Part shown: positions 35,458 to 48,345 of the stretch, piece by piece
Layout of the letters: each line of letters starts with the position of its first letter
Position numbering within the stretch: the stretch's first letter is position 1
Assembly (NCBI RefSeq): GCF_963921235.1
Contig: NC_086118.1
Span: forward strand, 16,308,001-16,372,000
Reading direction: 5' to 3'
DNA: 64,000 bases
Origin: Mobula hypostoma
Taxonomy: Eukaryota
The notes under the pieces: generated by a model
What the model was told of the DNA's origin: nothing
Database searches by the model: none
What the model saw: the letters and a program-made list of their open reading frames with translations, nothing else
Made by a program: the position numbers and the translations under genes

Positions 35458-36582
35458 TGATTGTTAGGTGTTAATATTGAAGTAGTAAAATGGATTCATC
35501 AGTGGCTGGATGGGAGATGCCAGAGAGTAGTGGTGGATAACTGTTTGTCAGATTGGAGGCCGGTGTCTAGTGGTGTGCCTCAGGGATCTGTACTGGGTTC
35601 AATACTGTTTGTCATATATATTAATGATCTGGATGATGAGGTGGTAAATTGGTTTAGTAAGTATGCAGATGATACTAAGATAGGTGGAGTTGTGGATAAT
35701 GAAGTAGGTTTTCAAAGCTTGCAGAGAGATTTAGGCCAGTTAGAAGAGTGGGTTGAAAGATGGCAGATGGAGTTTAATGCTGATAAATGTGAGGTGCTAC
35801 ATTTTGGTAGGACTAACCAAAGTAGGACATACGGGTAAATGGTAGGGCATTGAAGAATGCAGTAGAACAGAGGGATCCAGGAATAATGGTGCATAGTTCC
35901 CTGAAGGTGGAATCTCATGTGGATAGGGTGGTGAAGAAAGGTTTTGGTATGCTAGTCTTTATAAATCAGAGCATTGAGTATAGGAGTTGGGATGTAATGT
36001 TGAAATTGTACAAGGCATTGGTAAGGCCAAATTTGGAGTATTGTGTAGAGTTCTGGTCACCAAATTATAGGAAAGATGTCAACAAAATAGAGAGAGTACA
36101 GAGAAGACTTACTAGAATGTTACCTGGGTTTCACCTCCTAAGTTACAGAGAAAGGTTGAACAAGTTGGGTCTTTATTCTTTGGAGCATAGAAGGTTGAGG
36201 GGGGACTTGATAGAGGTATTTAAAATTATAAGGGGGGTAGATAGAGTTAACGTGGATAGGCTTTTTCCATTGAGAATGGGGGTGATTCAAACAAGAGGAC
36301 ATGAGAGTTAAAGGGCAAAAGTTTAGGGGTAACATGAGGGGGAACTTCTTAACTCAGAGTGGTAGCTGTGTGGAACGAGCTTCCAGCAGAAGTGGTTGAG
36401 GCAGGTTCGATGTTGTCATTTAAAGTTAAATTGGATAGCTATATGGACAGGAAAGGAATGGAGGGTTATGGGCTGAGTGCAGGTTGGTGGGACTAGGTGA
36501 GAGTATGAGTTCGGCACAGACAAGGAGGGCCAAGATGGCCTGTTTCCGTGCTGTAATTGTTATATTGTTATACTGTTATATG
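35458..36582 (+). mobile_element. CR1 3' fragment inserted between Gypsy RT and RNase H
   Basis: GVPQGSVLG, YADDTKI, LYKALVRPNLEYC; 8-mer tail (tgttatat)x3. Confidence 0.93.
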
Positions 36583-37484
36583 GAGTGATAGGCCAAAGGA
36601 CATGTTACAGTTGTGATCCTTTTCAGGATTCGTCAATTACTATAACAGGTTCCTGCCAAATTTGGTTACTGTGCTCCACCCTCGAACTCATCACTATAGA
36701 TCTGAAATAAATGAGTGTGAGGTGGCTTTCTAAAATCCATATTGTCCAGTGAAGCTTGCCTGTGATGCCTCACCTTGTGTTATAGGTGCAGTTATGTCAC
36801 ATGTTACGTATGATGGAAGTAAATGCCCTATAACATTTTCATTATGTTACCGCTGTGCAGAAAAATTACACACAGATTGATAGAGAGTCCTTGATTCTGG
36901 TTCAGGTTATAAAACATTTCTACCAGTGCTTGTCTGGGAGTGAGTTTACCCTCGTTGCTGATCATCAACCATTAGGGTCCATTTTCAATCCACAGAAGGG
37001 TGTTCCACCAACAACAGCAGAGATGGGCTCTGTTTCTTGGAGGACACAATTACAAGATCGAATTGAAGAGGATGACTAATCATGGAAATGCTGGTGGATT
37101 GTCCCGTTTACACTTGGAAAGGAAAATACCAGAAAAATTTACAAAAGAGGACACTCCTCCTAATGAAAATCGACAGTATCCTTATTACGGCAGAGATGAC
37201 CCAGAGCAAATCTAGAAAAGACTCTGCACCATCTCAAGTTTACATCGCAACTTAAGATGGCTAGAATCTGCAGCAGGAACTCCAGTTAACCTATTTTCAC
37301 CTGCGCCAGGATGAATTCGCCTCTTGTGGGGGATTGAGAGTTGTTGTATCATCCAAGCTGAGAGCTAAAGTGTTGGTGGAGCTACATGTCAGTCATCTCG
37401 ATGTGGTCAAAATTAAAGTGTTGGTCTGAAGCTTGGTCTGGTGGCCTGGGATATATCAGCAGATTAAGCAGCTTCCCATGCACT

Positions 37485-37486
37485 AT

Positions 37487-37545
<59 letters not shown>

Positions 37546-37565
37546 ACACATATACATATATATAT
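37485..37565. repeat. (CA)n/(TA)n microsatellite at the Gypsy integrase deletion point
   Basis: Direct reading. Confidence 0.92.
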
Positions 37566-37616
37566 GTTGAGCTGCATTCTATATTGAGTTGGAGTTTGTA
37601 GCTAAACAGGGAAGAA

Positions 37617-37857
37617 TGCTGTGTATTTAATATTTCAGTAATATTTGAGTGTTATTGTAAGTATATTGTTTGTTAAAGCATTCTTTGTTGTTTGCATAAT
37701 TGATTATGTGTTATATGTAAAAGTACGTAACTGGTTTACGTCATCACACCACCATGTCGTATGTGTGCGTCTCGCTAAAGTAAAAACAAAACTAGACACC
37801 CATTCTGGGCTCTATTTTTTTTTGTTTTCAGATGTATTGGAGATGCAAATCATACCA
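37617..37857 (+). repeat. Probable 3' LTR of the Gypsy relic
   Basis: Purine tract aaacagggaagaa immediately before TGCTGTG...; ends ...CATACCA. Confidence 0.65.
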
Positions 37858-39779
37858 ATAGGCGTAATTACACCATGGGGATCCAATATATATTTGCAAG
37901 ATTGATATCTGGGACGAAAAGATAGAATGGATGCCTGTTTTCTGAAGTTCAGAAAGGTGAGATGTGTAAAATTCCTAGAAGGTATGGGGAAATAAATACT
38001 GGATTGATATTTTCCCCATTCTGAGAGTGAGGACTGTGGTATTGTATGGTCTTAAGATTAGATGACTGTGATTCTCCAAAGGACTGGCCTTCACAAAGTA
38101 CTGTTGTGTGATGTATTTACTTGAATATTGGTTTTGATAACCACACAGCAAAAGCACTGGGTAAAATCTCATCATGTTTCTTTGATGATTGGTTGGGGTC
38201 ATAAACTACTGTAAAGGCTTGAATGGGAAGATTAGAATGGACAATGGGAGAAGTGAAGGTCTAGTTACAGGACAGATGAGTTTGTGAGAAGAGAGCTGAG
38301 GCCATAGCTGGACATCACTGAGGAGAAGCTGGAAATAGCAACGTGGGGGTGGGAAGATTAAATGCCATTGTAGTCAAACCTCTAAAGCATGCCGCACATT
38401 TTCAAGTTGCTGTTTGTAGAAAGTGCATTGTGCTGGAAAGGAAGGTCTTCTTTAGGCAAAGTAGCTCATTACCTGGCCATTGTTCCATGAAGTGCGACAA
38501 ACATGCTGATATAACCCGCTTACTTTTAACACTTGGAAAGCCTGATCAGAGCAGGCTCCTCATCAAAAGGCCTAATTTGGAACTGGTTTGGTCTGATGAA
38601 ATTACCCTATCTAACACATGGTATGTTGTCATTTTTAAGCATCACTGGTTTTTAACACTGTCCCTGAAATATTCTCTAATACCAAATCAGACCTCACGAG
38701 GTCCAATGACTCGTCCTCAAAGAGCCACAGACAATGGATGCAATCCAGTTTCAAGAAACACTTAAAAAGCTGTGATAAGGTTTATCATTCCTGAAACAAT
38801 ATAGCCAAAAAATAGACTCCAGAGATACAGAAAGCTACCAATGTACTTCTAAGAACAAGGACACAAGTGAAGAGATTAAATAAATCAATTTTCTGTGAAT
38901 GCTGAATGTCCGGACATGTTTCAGGCACTGAAAATGCATTAACAGTTCATCATAATGAACAAAACATTGGGACTAAAACCACAGGTACTTAATTGGCGAG
39001 CACAGCCCTGGAACAGCATAGAGAGCGTCTGAACCACATCATGAAATGCATTGCTTGTCAAGTTCTTTGAAAAAACTTTTACATGTGAATCTGGCCACAA
39101 AGTTTCACAGGCACAATAGTAATAACTGTAATAGAACTTTAATTGAACAGAAATATGAATCACCTGAGTTAACAGTAGTATTGTGACATCAGTGTTCATG
39201 CATTATAGAATATTAACTAACCAGCAATGGGAAAATGTTACCAGGCATTGGCAGAAGTATCAATCGTACTGGGCATTATTCAGTAAAGACCTGGAGGAGC
39301 AGTAATGCAGCTGTAATCTGCTCTCCGAATAGCTTCCGCGATCTTTCTCTGTATGTTAACTGTGTTGAGGAAAGAGTCATTAAAAATGACTTAAATGGTC
39401 CACGTTGAAATTCCTGTTTAATTCCATTTGTAGATCACTACCCTTTACCCAGAAGATAAATCTCAGCACCCTCTCAGAGATCAATCTGACTGAATAAATT
39501 TGATGCCAGTATTTCACAAGAAGACACTTGCCAAGAAAATAATGTACGCCAAAGGTATTTCAGAAGGAGGGATGTCAAACTTGCTAGTGAACATTGGGAT
39601 AGGTGCAAGTCAAATTCAAGATCAGTGGAAGGGGGAGTTACAGTCATGATCAAAGGAGGAGGGGTGGTATCAGAGTGGCTGTGTCACTGTTGAAGAGGTG
39701 AAGACCGGGAGCACTGACAGCAGAACGTGTTGGGGAAAGGGGTAGTGTTGAACATGTTGGTGTAGGGAAGGGGATGTCA

Positions 39780-40040
39780 CAGAGTCACACATCACAGAAA
39801 AACCTTTGGCTCACTGAATCCACGCAGTCCATCAAGCCCTCATTTTTACATTAGTTCATCCTCATGACCTTTTCTGATATTCCATTGCTTATCTGCCCAT
39901 TTTGAACCATTTTCGCGGCCAGCTGTCCAACCAATCCACGTGTCTTTGGGATGTGGGTGGAAACTGGAGCACCCGGAGGAGGGAAATCCCACACAGCCGT
40001 GTGAGAACCCCTCACACACAGCACTTGAGCTCTGTGAGTT
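39780..40040 (-). mobile_element. SINE-like repeat with CR1-type tail
   Basis: gtctttgggatgtggg..aaactggagcacccggagg core also seen at ~1310-1370 and ~54260-54320. Confidence 0.55.
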
Positions 40041-43000
40041 GTGTTGTAAATTGGACACTTTGGGAGGTCAAGGGTTGGGTTCGAGGGGTTTGAATTACTG
40101 GAGGTGCTAGTTCCGGGAGTTTGGAAGTGGTGGGGTTGCACTGGCAGTGATGATTTTCATTTACCTTCATTGTCCGTGGCAGAGCTGTAGCGTTGAGAGC
40201 ATGTTCTGCTAGGAGTGGCCCAGGACAACATGGTCCAAATTCCTCTGCAATTGACACTATCTGGTAGAATTTTGTGATATGCACAATTTTCTCAGGTTAA
40301 ATTAATTTTCAATCACAGAGCATCGATAAAATATGATCAAAATTCACAACAACTATTTATAAAATGTGACTTCCTCACTAAGTAAACATAGGTCACTGTA
40401 CCCAGTCTCAGAGCCTAACAGTGACATTAAGCTGCGATGCTCTCCCTACCCTAACCAGAGATACACTGATATGATGCACCTCCAGAATTACTTTGCTAAT
40501 GCACAGCAACTATCAGAAAAGGAAAGAGCTAAATTGACAGTTATAAATTTTTGTATGTAAAATACATGTAACACAAATCATAGCTAATGAAAGACCCTGT
40601 GGCTTGAAATGTTATCTCAGACGCTGCCTGATCTGCCAAGTGGTTCCAGCATTATCTCAGATCTCCAGCACATGCATTCTTTTGATTTTCATACACAATG
40701 AACGTGTTGGCTGCAGATTGCATTTTGACTGAAGGAAATTTGGTTCTACAATGAACTGGGGCTTTGTAACTTCTTGAATGATGGTTAACTGGAAAAGGAT
40801 GGATTCAGGACAGATCGATCAAGGAGTTTCAACTCTGAAGATGGCTCAAAAAGGAGATGATAGAATTCATGGTTCAATCTGGATGATCAGTAAATTTCCA
40901 GAATGAATTATATATGGATCTTATATGGCACTGAAACTGGTCTATGCAATTCTATCACTGTTGTATCTCGAATCTTCAGTGTTAAAGAAATTGAATGATG
41001 CGGTGATCTTCACTGGCATTGGCTTTACATTTCAGCCTATTAGAAGCTGGCAACTATCTTCCAATGCCACAGCCAAATTTACTCTTTTTTTTGAGAAGTT
41101 GCAGTTTGACTGGCCTTCATTAGCCCAAGCTTTACCTTTAATTACTTAATTCTCTTTCCTCAGATGAATACCCATGTGAGTGCAGATATCAATGAACTTG
41201 CACTTTTCCCTCAGCACATTGATCGAAACTTCAGAATCTCAGGGCCATAAAACCAATAGTCTTTTAGTAATTGATTGAATTGAGCTTTACTATTCATCAC
41301 ATTATCAGATGGAGCTAACAGTGGAGGTTATTAACTAGGGATGCAGTGGCTATCAGAATCCCACATCAACTGCCTGTAAGTCCTTGCCAATCCTCTGACA
41401 AAGTGAGATGAAAATTTGGGTGAGGAAAACTCATTCTGTGATCTGTTCGGAAACAGATCCTTCATGAAACCTTCATAAATTTACACAGCCCAGAGTACTC
41501 AGATCTATAAGGATCCTATCTTATCAAATATCATGAAGATGCTAGAAATCTAGATGGTCAAGGAATACTTTGGGATCTCTGGAAAAGAAAATATTTTGAC
41601 TTATCTTGGTAAATGGCAATGGTGGCATGATAGATGACACCATGCACTGAATCTGGTCTATGTAATTTTGTCACCAGTGGCATTTCAAATCTCCCAGTGC
41701 TAAAGAAATTCATTGCAGTAGTGATCTTCACTGGCATTGGCCATCCATTCTAGCCTATTAGAAAGTGGTATACTTGTCTGGCAAGCACCCTCCAGTGCCA
41801 CAGACAATTTTTTTTGTTTATTCAATGGATATGGACGCTATTGGCATTTATCGTGCATTCCTGATAAATGTCTCCTTGATTCAGGGATAGAGTCAACTGC
41901 ACAAGTGGTTTGAAGTCACAAACAGGTCACAATGAAAAAGGATAGTCTACTTCCTTCCCTGAAGTGAAACAAATGTCATTTATGACAATTTAGTCATTTC
42001 ATAATAGCTAAAATTTTATATATACTACATATATTATTTTTAAAATTGTATTTATATAGACAGATGTACAAATTTTAATTCCAGTATTATTTATTTAGTT
42101 GACCTTGAATGGGATTTAGGGTAATACTTCTAGATGAATAGGCCAAACATTTGACTGTTGGTTTACTCCACATATAATCAAGTTCCATATATTAAAATAG
42201 GAAGTAGAAAGTACTACAACTTTCAATGAGCTGTACAAATACATGCTACCTCAACTCAACAATAAATGTTCGCTTTATTCAAGCAAATATGGGAACTGGA
42301 GATGCATTAACTAAACAATTTAAGCCTGAATGTATTAAAAGTCAGCTACACATTTTGAAAGTCAGTATCACTTGCGTTTATCTAAAATCAGATTACTTCT
42401 TGAAGGTGGTGACAGCTTTTTGCCAGCTATTATATTTCACTGATTTGAAGTGATAATCAGCTGCACAAGCAGTTTGAATGAATTATTCATAAAGCAAGTA
42501 AATAGGTGGGGCCTTCAGTCAATTTTCTTCGAAGGGTGAACTTTCACCTATTTTTCTTTGTACCTACTACTGTTTGTTAATAGCTTTTTTTTAAACCAAA
42601 TTGTTCATGAATATCCATTACATAGTGCTATTGTATAGTTTCCAAGTTTCGGCTTTTTAAGTTACTGACATGCAAAGCCAAACCCATTACTGGCAACACA
42701 TGTGAAATAATGATATTAATTATTGATTACATCAAGAATTTCAATCTTTTTTTTATCCTTGATTCTGTGGAAATTTTTGGTAGTTCTTTGCTCTTTGGAT
42801 TGCATATAAAAGATGCAATCTTTGATTTACAAATGAAAGATGTAATCTTTTATATGTAATTGTTGGATCCTGATGTTTTTGATCTGAGGTTCTTCAAAAG
42901 TCAAGAATGAGGCATAAAACTTGTTGCTCATGGCTGCTTTCATTAAGTGCTAAAAGAACAAAAGAAAGTGGATGGGGAAGAGCAAAAGCTGAGCTTAGTA

Positions 43001-43091
43001 GTGAGCAGAAGGCAAAGGCAAAAAAGACCAATCCAACATTGTCTGGTTTTATTGTACCAGATTGCTCATTCCATTGAATTGCTATTGACAA

Positions 43092-43390
43092 CACTGGACA
43101 ACAAATTTTTTCGAAAGCATTGCATCCTCAGAATTTTTCTTTGGGGATGATAGACCTCTTGAAGCTGAACACAAATATAACTTCAGACTACTTGTATCAG
43201 AAGGAATTTGCAGAAACAAGAAATTAACTTCTATTGAATATAATGTTTTTAATTGCATAATGGTGCTGATCCATTGTAATAGTTCAACTTAGTTAAAAAA
43301 ATTTTGTTGATGGTTTTTGCTTGTTTTCGGTGTCTGAGACTTCTCGCTTAAGTGTCCAATGATAACCAAGTCAGTTCCACTTGGGGCCCA
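43092..43390 (-). mobile_element. Chapaev3-like transposon terminal fragment (second, diverged copy)
   Basis: Starts CACTGGACAAC and aligns by eye with 43518-43810. Confidence 0.7.
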
Positions 43391-43517
43391 TGGACAGAAG
43401 ATCCATCAGTCACTGGCAAAGTACTCCAGAGTCTTAGTGCTCTCTAGAGACGAATAGTGGCCTAAGCCCTGCTCTTTATCCCAGTTCTTGTGATTTTCAA
43501 TGTTAATGGAGTTATTA

Positions 43518-44273
43518 TACTGGACAACAAATGTTTTCAAAAGTGTTGCTTTCTCAGAATTTTTTTTGTTTATGATAAACCATTGATAGCTGAACACAAA
43601 TACAATATCTGACTACTTATATCTCATAGGAATTTGTAGAAACAAGAAATGAACTTTTATTGAACATACTGTGCTTAATTGCATAATGGTGCTGATGCTT
43701 TGCAGTAATTCAACTAAGCTACAAATGTTTTGCTGATTACTTTCATTTGTACTCAGTGTCTGAGGCTTCTTGCTTAAGTGTCCAACAATAATCAGCTGGC
43801 ATTGATGGATTCCAGTTGCCCTGATATTGTTTCTCCATGACTGCAATTATGACAGCGCTAAGATTTGCTGGGAAGTAGTCTAAATGGGAATGCAGAAAGT
43901 GAATCTCTAGGGACAAGTTGCACATCATGGTTTTGTATGCTTGAAGCATGTTGTCAACTAGCTGCACAAAGTTTGGTGCTCTGTAGTTGCCAAGAAATTC
44001 ATCAACATCTTTAAATGCCTTCCATGGGATTTTCTTCAGTCCCTCTAGAAGTTCTTCAAATTGCCTATCATTGATTGCCTGTTTGATTTGTGGACCAACA
44101 AAAATGCCTTCCTTAATCTTGGTACCAGTTACTCTGCCTTGAATTACGAATTGAAATAACAAATACAGGCAATTTTAAAAAATGGTGTGCGATAGTGAAA
44201 TTTCATGATAATTTTCATCATCAGCAGCCCAAAATCCAGAAGATACACCCAAAAGTGTTCAGGATGTCCAGTG
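43518..44273 (-). mobile_element. Chapaev3-like (CMC) DNA transposon, internally deleted, with transposase C-terminus
   Basis: ORF 43743-44162 KIKEGIFVGPQI..FLGN..SLEIHFLHSHLDYFPANL..QYQGNWNPSMPADYCW; termini (T/C)ACTGGACA ... TGTCCAGTG; flanks TTA/TAA. Confidence 0.8.
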
Positions 44274-44494
44274 TAATAGTCAACCAATAACATAGCCCCT
44301 ACTGAAGTAATTCGATACCCACCATTGAAAGCAAGAAGTTCTAGAAAAATACAAAGGAACTGTAACCACGAGAAACCCCATTGAACAATTACATATATGT
44401 AGGTAATTATATAAAAGTACAAACAAGTGTAAGAAAGTTAATCTACAAGGGAAATTATAATTATCCATCCCAATCCAGCATAATCTAAAGATTA

Positions 44495-44905
44495 TGCCCC
44501 CTCTTCACCAATCCCCATCCCCTTTTCTTTCCTTCACCTTATCTCCTTGCCTGCACATCGCCTCCCTCTGGTGCTCCTCCCCCCTTTTCTTTCTTCCATG
44601 GCCTTCTGTCCTCTCCTATTAGATCCCCCCCTTCTCCAGCCCTGTATCTCTTTCACAATTCAACTTCCCAGCTCTTTACTTCACCCCTGCACCTCGCAGT
44701 TTTCCCTATCACCTTGTGGTTCTCCCTCTCCTCTTCACAAACTTTGAAATCTACTCCTCACCTTTCTTTCTCCTGTCCTGCTGAAGGGTCTCGGTCTGAA
44801 ACATCGACTGTACTCTTTTACGCAGATGCTGCCTGGCCTGCTGAGTTCCTCCATCATTTTGTGTGTGTTCCTTGGATTTCCAGCACCTGCAGACTTTCTC
44901 TTGTT
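44495..44905 (+). mobile_element. Penelope-like terminal fragment with decayed hammerhead motif at 44775-44808
   Basis: gtcctgctgaagggtctcggtctgaaacatcgac; homologous to 8680-9085. Confidence 0.82.
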
Positions 44906-45009
44906 CGGAATCTAAAGAACACGTTTGTTAGTCATGGATGATGCAACAATCACTGTCTTTAGGATTCTACCACCGTATTTGCCCAAATGAAGTTTGGATA
45001 CCGTCTTAG

Positions 45010-45345
45010 GTTGTCACAGTGGTGCTGCCGCTTTGCAGATGCAGGGACCTTGTTTCAATCCTGACCTGGGTGGTATATTGGCAAATACTCTCTGACTGCG
45101 TCGACTTCCACCAAATACTCCAGTTTCACCCCATTTCACAAAGACATTCTGGTAGGGTAATTGACTATTGCAAAGTACTTTTTAGTGCATGTTACTGGCA
45201 AAAGAGAGTCAAAGGAGAGTTGAATAGGATGTGTGAGAGGCAATAAATTGGAAGGATGCAATGAAATAAGGAAAGAAGAATGGGACTAACGAGGTTGCTC
45301 CCCTGGGAACTGATAAAGACCTGATGAGCTGAATGGCTTCATCCA
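45010..45345 (+). mobile_element. Old tRNA-derived SINE
   Basis: Degenerate B box tgtttcaatcc, body cagtttcaccccatttcacaaagac, CR1-like tail gagctgaatggctt. Confidence 0.5.
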
Positions 45346-45349
45346 TGTT

Positions 45350-48345
45350 CCTCTACCTGACTGGCAGACCATAATTTGAGTGGCTTCAGAACTGTGTGTC
45401 GGACATGGCTATGAGCAGCACTGGGTCCCACAGGGGACTGTATTGGCTCCCCTACTGCTTACCCTGTGTACCTCAGACTTTAGGTACAACACTGAGTCAT
45501 GTCATCTGCAGAAACTCTCTGATGACTCAGCAATAGTTGGGTGTATAAAGGGAGGACGGGAAGATGTAGGACTTTGTCAAATGGTGCAAGCTGAATCATC
45601 TGCAGCTCAACATCAGTAAGACAAAGCAGATGGTGATAGACTTTAGGAAGTCTAAGCCTGCACTGCTCCCTGTTACTATTGATAGTGAGGACATGGATGT
45701 GGTAAGGATCTACAAGTATTTGGGGGTACACCTGGATGGCAGATTTGAGTGGAGCGCTGACACAGAGGCTGTGTATAAGAAGGGCCAGATTCGCCTTTAC
45801 TTCCTGAGGAGACTAAGGTCCTTTGGAGTATGCAGGCCTCTCCTTCACATGTTCTACCAGTCTGTTGTCACCAATACAATCTTCTATGTGGTAGTGTGAG
45901 GAGGCAATGACATCAGCACATGTGATGCCAACAGGCTCAATAAACTGATTAGAAAGGCTGATTCTGTTATAGGAGTCAAACTGGACACACTGGAGGCTGT
46001 GATAGGACAAAGGACCCCAGGGAAAATCCTCACCTTGGCTGAACATAGGAACACTTTTAGTAATAGATTAATACAGCCTTTCTCAACCTTTTTGGCCTGG
46101 AGGAAACCTTGTAATAATTTTCAGGTCTCAGGGAAACCCTGCGTAAAAATCAGTATATCTACAGCTCATGGTACATTAGTGATATTGACATAGTAAGTTA
46201 TAGATTAATAATCCAAATATAATTGTCAAAGCTCTTTTGAGTAGAGAATGAATTTTTAGCCATTCTTTCTTGTAAAAAACCAGTTAAGCTTAGCTTACCT
46301 TTCTTGAAATTAATCTCTTTCGTTCCTATACATAATGTTTTAAAACATTTGACAAAATGATAAATTTCTCAATTCTGGGTCAAACTTGAGATAAGCGCAC
46401 ACAGATTTCACTTCCAACTGAAATTTGATGGTTTCTACCCTTGCTCTTGATGCTTGTTAAACAAGAAGAAGCTTGCTCACACATGTAAGAAGTTGAAAAC
46501 TGCAGCAAAATGTTCATTGCTTTTCTGTGAATGGCAGGATACTCCTCTTTCACAGAAATCCAGAACTTGTCCAGGGGCAGGTCAGTAAATCTCATCTTGA
46601 GTGCACAATCAGAGTGTAGCTCAGAAAGTTCCTCTTCTCTCAAAGTCAAGTTCTTAGGCTGAGCAGAAGACTCAGAGAAAGGGTCCCTCACCCAGTCATA
46701 CATTTGTGTTGAAAAGGAGGAAAATACTGTTTAGAGTTGTTCTCCAGATCTTCCAGGTGGTTTTCAATAAGACTTGAGACTTTCTGATGTCCTTCCTCAC
46801 TCTCAAGCTCAAGCAGCAGTGGAAACATTTCAAGATTTCCTTTTGCAACATCATTTTTCCAAACATTCTGTTTCCTTTAAAATCCAAGAATCTTGTCGCT
46901 TGAAGGTAAAGCTTTTTCTCCAGTGCCTTCCATTGACTTATTCTTATGATGAAAAATCTCTGCTAAGTAGGCTAGTTTCTGCAGCCATTCTTCATCTTCA
47001 AAGTATTCATCAAAAGCTGACCTACTACTTTCTTGAAAGTACTTCTGTAATTCACTTTTCAGCTCAAACACCCTTTTCAGAATGCTTCCTTTAGCAAGCC
47101 ATCTGATCTCTATCTGTCACAGGAGATTGGTGTGCTCTTTGTCTAGATTTTCACAGTTTTTTAAACACTCTTGAGTGAACTGGCCTTAAAGCCACTGAAT
47201 AACTTGCTTCCTAGGTTTTTTTACTGACTGTGACTTTATTTCAAAAGCTTTAATCTGCTTGTTTTGAGATTCCAATAGTTGTTTAAAATAAGATGCACTT
47301 TTACACGCCATATGGATGTGATTCATAGTTAAGTGTCTTCTTCAACTTTGCTGGAACCTATGCTACATTTGCAAGTTGTTTTCCACAGACTAGGCACAAT
47401 GGAATAGGACAACTTGGATCACTAGTCCATGTAACACCCATTGGTAAGTAGCTTTCATTGTAAAGACAGACTTTTTTTTGCATCCATTGTTGCATTAATG
47501 CAGTGAAATGACTCAGAAGATTGTAATTCTTCATCATTAACCTTATCAGAATTGTCCATAGGAATCCTCCTCTTCCATGTCACACCTCCCCTTCAAGCAT
47601 TGTCACACTGGACTGTCTTTAGCATGACAATTTCCTTCCAATTTTCTACTACACTGGTAGTTCGTTCATTCCCATAAGTTAGTTGGTGGGGCATAAGGGG
47701 AAGTTAGGGGAGGTAATTCGGGAGGGACAGCTGACGTCACAGCCCAAGCTGAGTGAGTCAATTCAATGCTCAGAAAACACAAGTTATGCTCCTCATCAGC
47801 CTACCGTCCTCCCCTCTGTGCAATACAGCGCTCACCAATTATTAGCGGTCTCCCCTAACTTGCGTCAAAACTGAGGATAGATTGAACCAGATAAACACAG
47901 TTCTACTGTGTACTGCCATACTGGACTGAGATCTCTTATGAGATTGCTAATGGGGCTTTTTGGTCACTTCCCACCACTACGAGCGCTAGCATTGCACGTT
48001 GTGCGAAGTTCATAAAATGATGTTTATTTTTATTAATCACGATCTCTCACAGAACCCTTAGTGACCTCTCATGGAACCCCGATTGAGAATCTCTGGACTA
48101 ATTCAACTGTGCTACTCCAAATAGCGTTATATGAGGTCATTCTTGCCTTCGGCCATTACGCTCTATAATGAGTTAATCTATAGCTGGGAAAGTGATGGCC
48201 CCCCTCCTGTTAGTCTGTTTGAGGTAATTTATTTTTTATTCTTTCTACTTCTCTTCTAATATTTGTATACTTGTATACCTGTGCAATTGTAATGGTACTG
48301 TGACACAGTAATTTCCTTGGAATCAATAATATCTCACTCCCTCTC
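45350..48345 (+). mobile_element. Rex1/Babar fragment split by a hAT element (45350-46073 and 48096-48345)
   Basis: VPQGTVLAPLL, CHLQKLSDDSAIVGCI, YKYLGVHLD, RLYFLRRLRSF; resumes after 48096 and ends in a caataa tail. Confidence 0.87.
46074..48095 (-). mobile_element. hAT-Charlie/Buster-type DNA transposon with decayed transposase (BED finger, partial core, hATC dimerisation domain)
   Basis: TIRs CAGCCTTTCTCAACC / GATTGAGAATCTCTG; 8-bp TSD gattaata/gactaatt; PLCLVCGKQLAN..PAKLK near 47330-47410; WLQKLAYLAEIF; FWISVKEEYP..FSTSYMCEQASSCL..IKSK. Confidence 0.88.

Larger units (their letters stand above)
33620..37480 (+). mobile_element. Gypsy LTR retrotransposon relic (gag end, protease, RT, RNase H, integrase start) with three nested insertions
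   Basis: MDLDTDSAVSVIP; CGDFKVTINRVLK..LPRIE; LTINNYKGLY..SAPALW..YPDDIIV; LACDASP; NYTQIDRE; ADHQPL; QRWALFL; HGNAGGLSRL; LVWWPGI. Confidence 0.9.

Noticed and set aside
38343..38765. 140-aa ORF in unique DNA
   Set aside because: Non-ATG start, no recognisable domain or splice support; length compatible with chance
46380..47410. Domesticated ZBED/SCAND3-like host gene
   Set aside because: Stops, frameshifts, core deletion, and retained TIRs/TSD indicate a dead transposon
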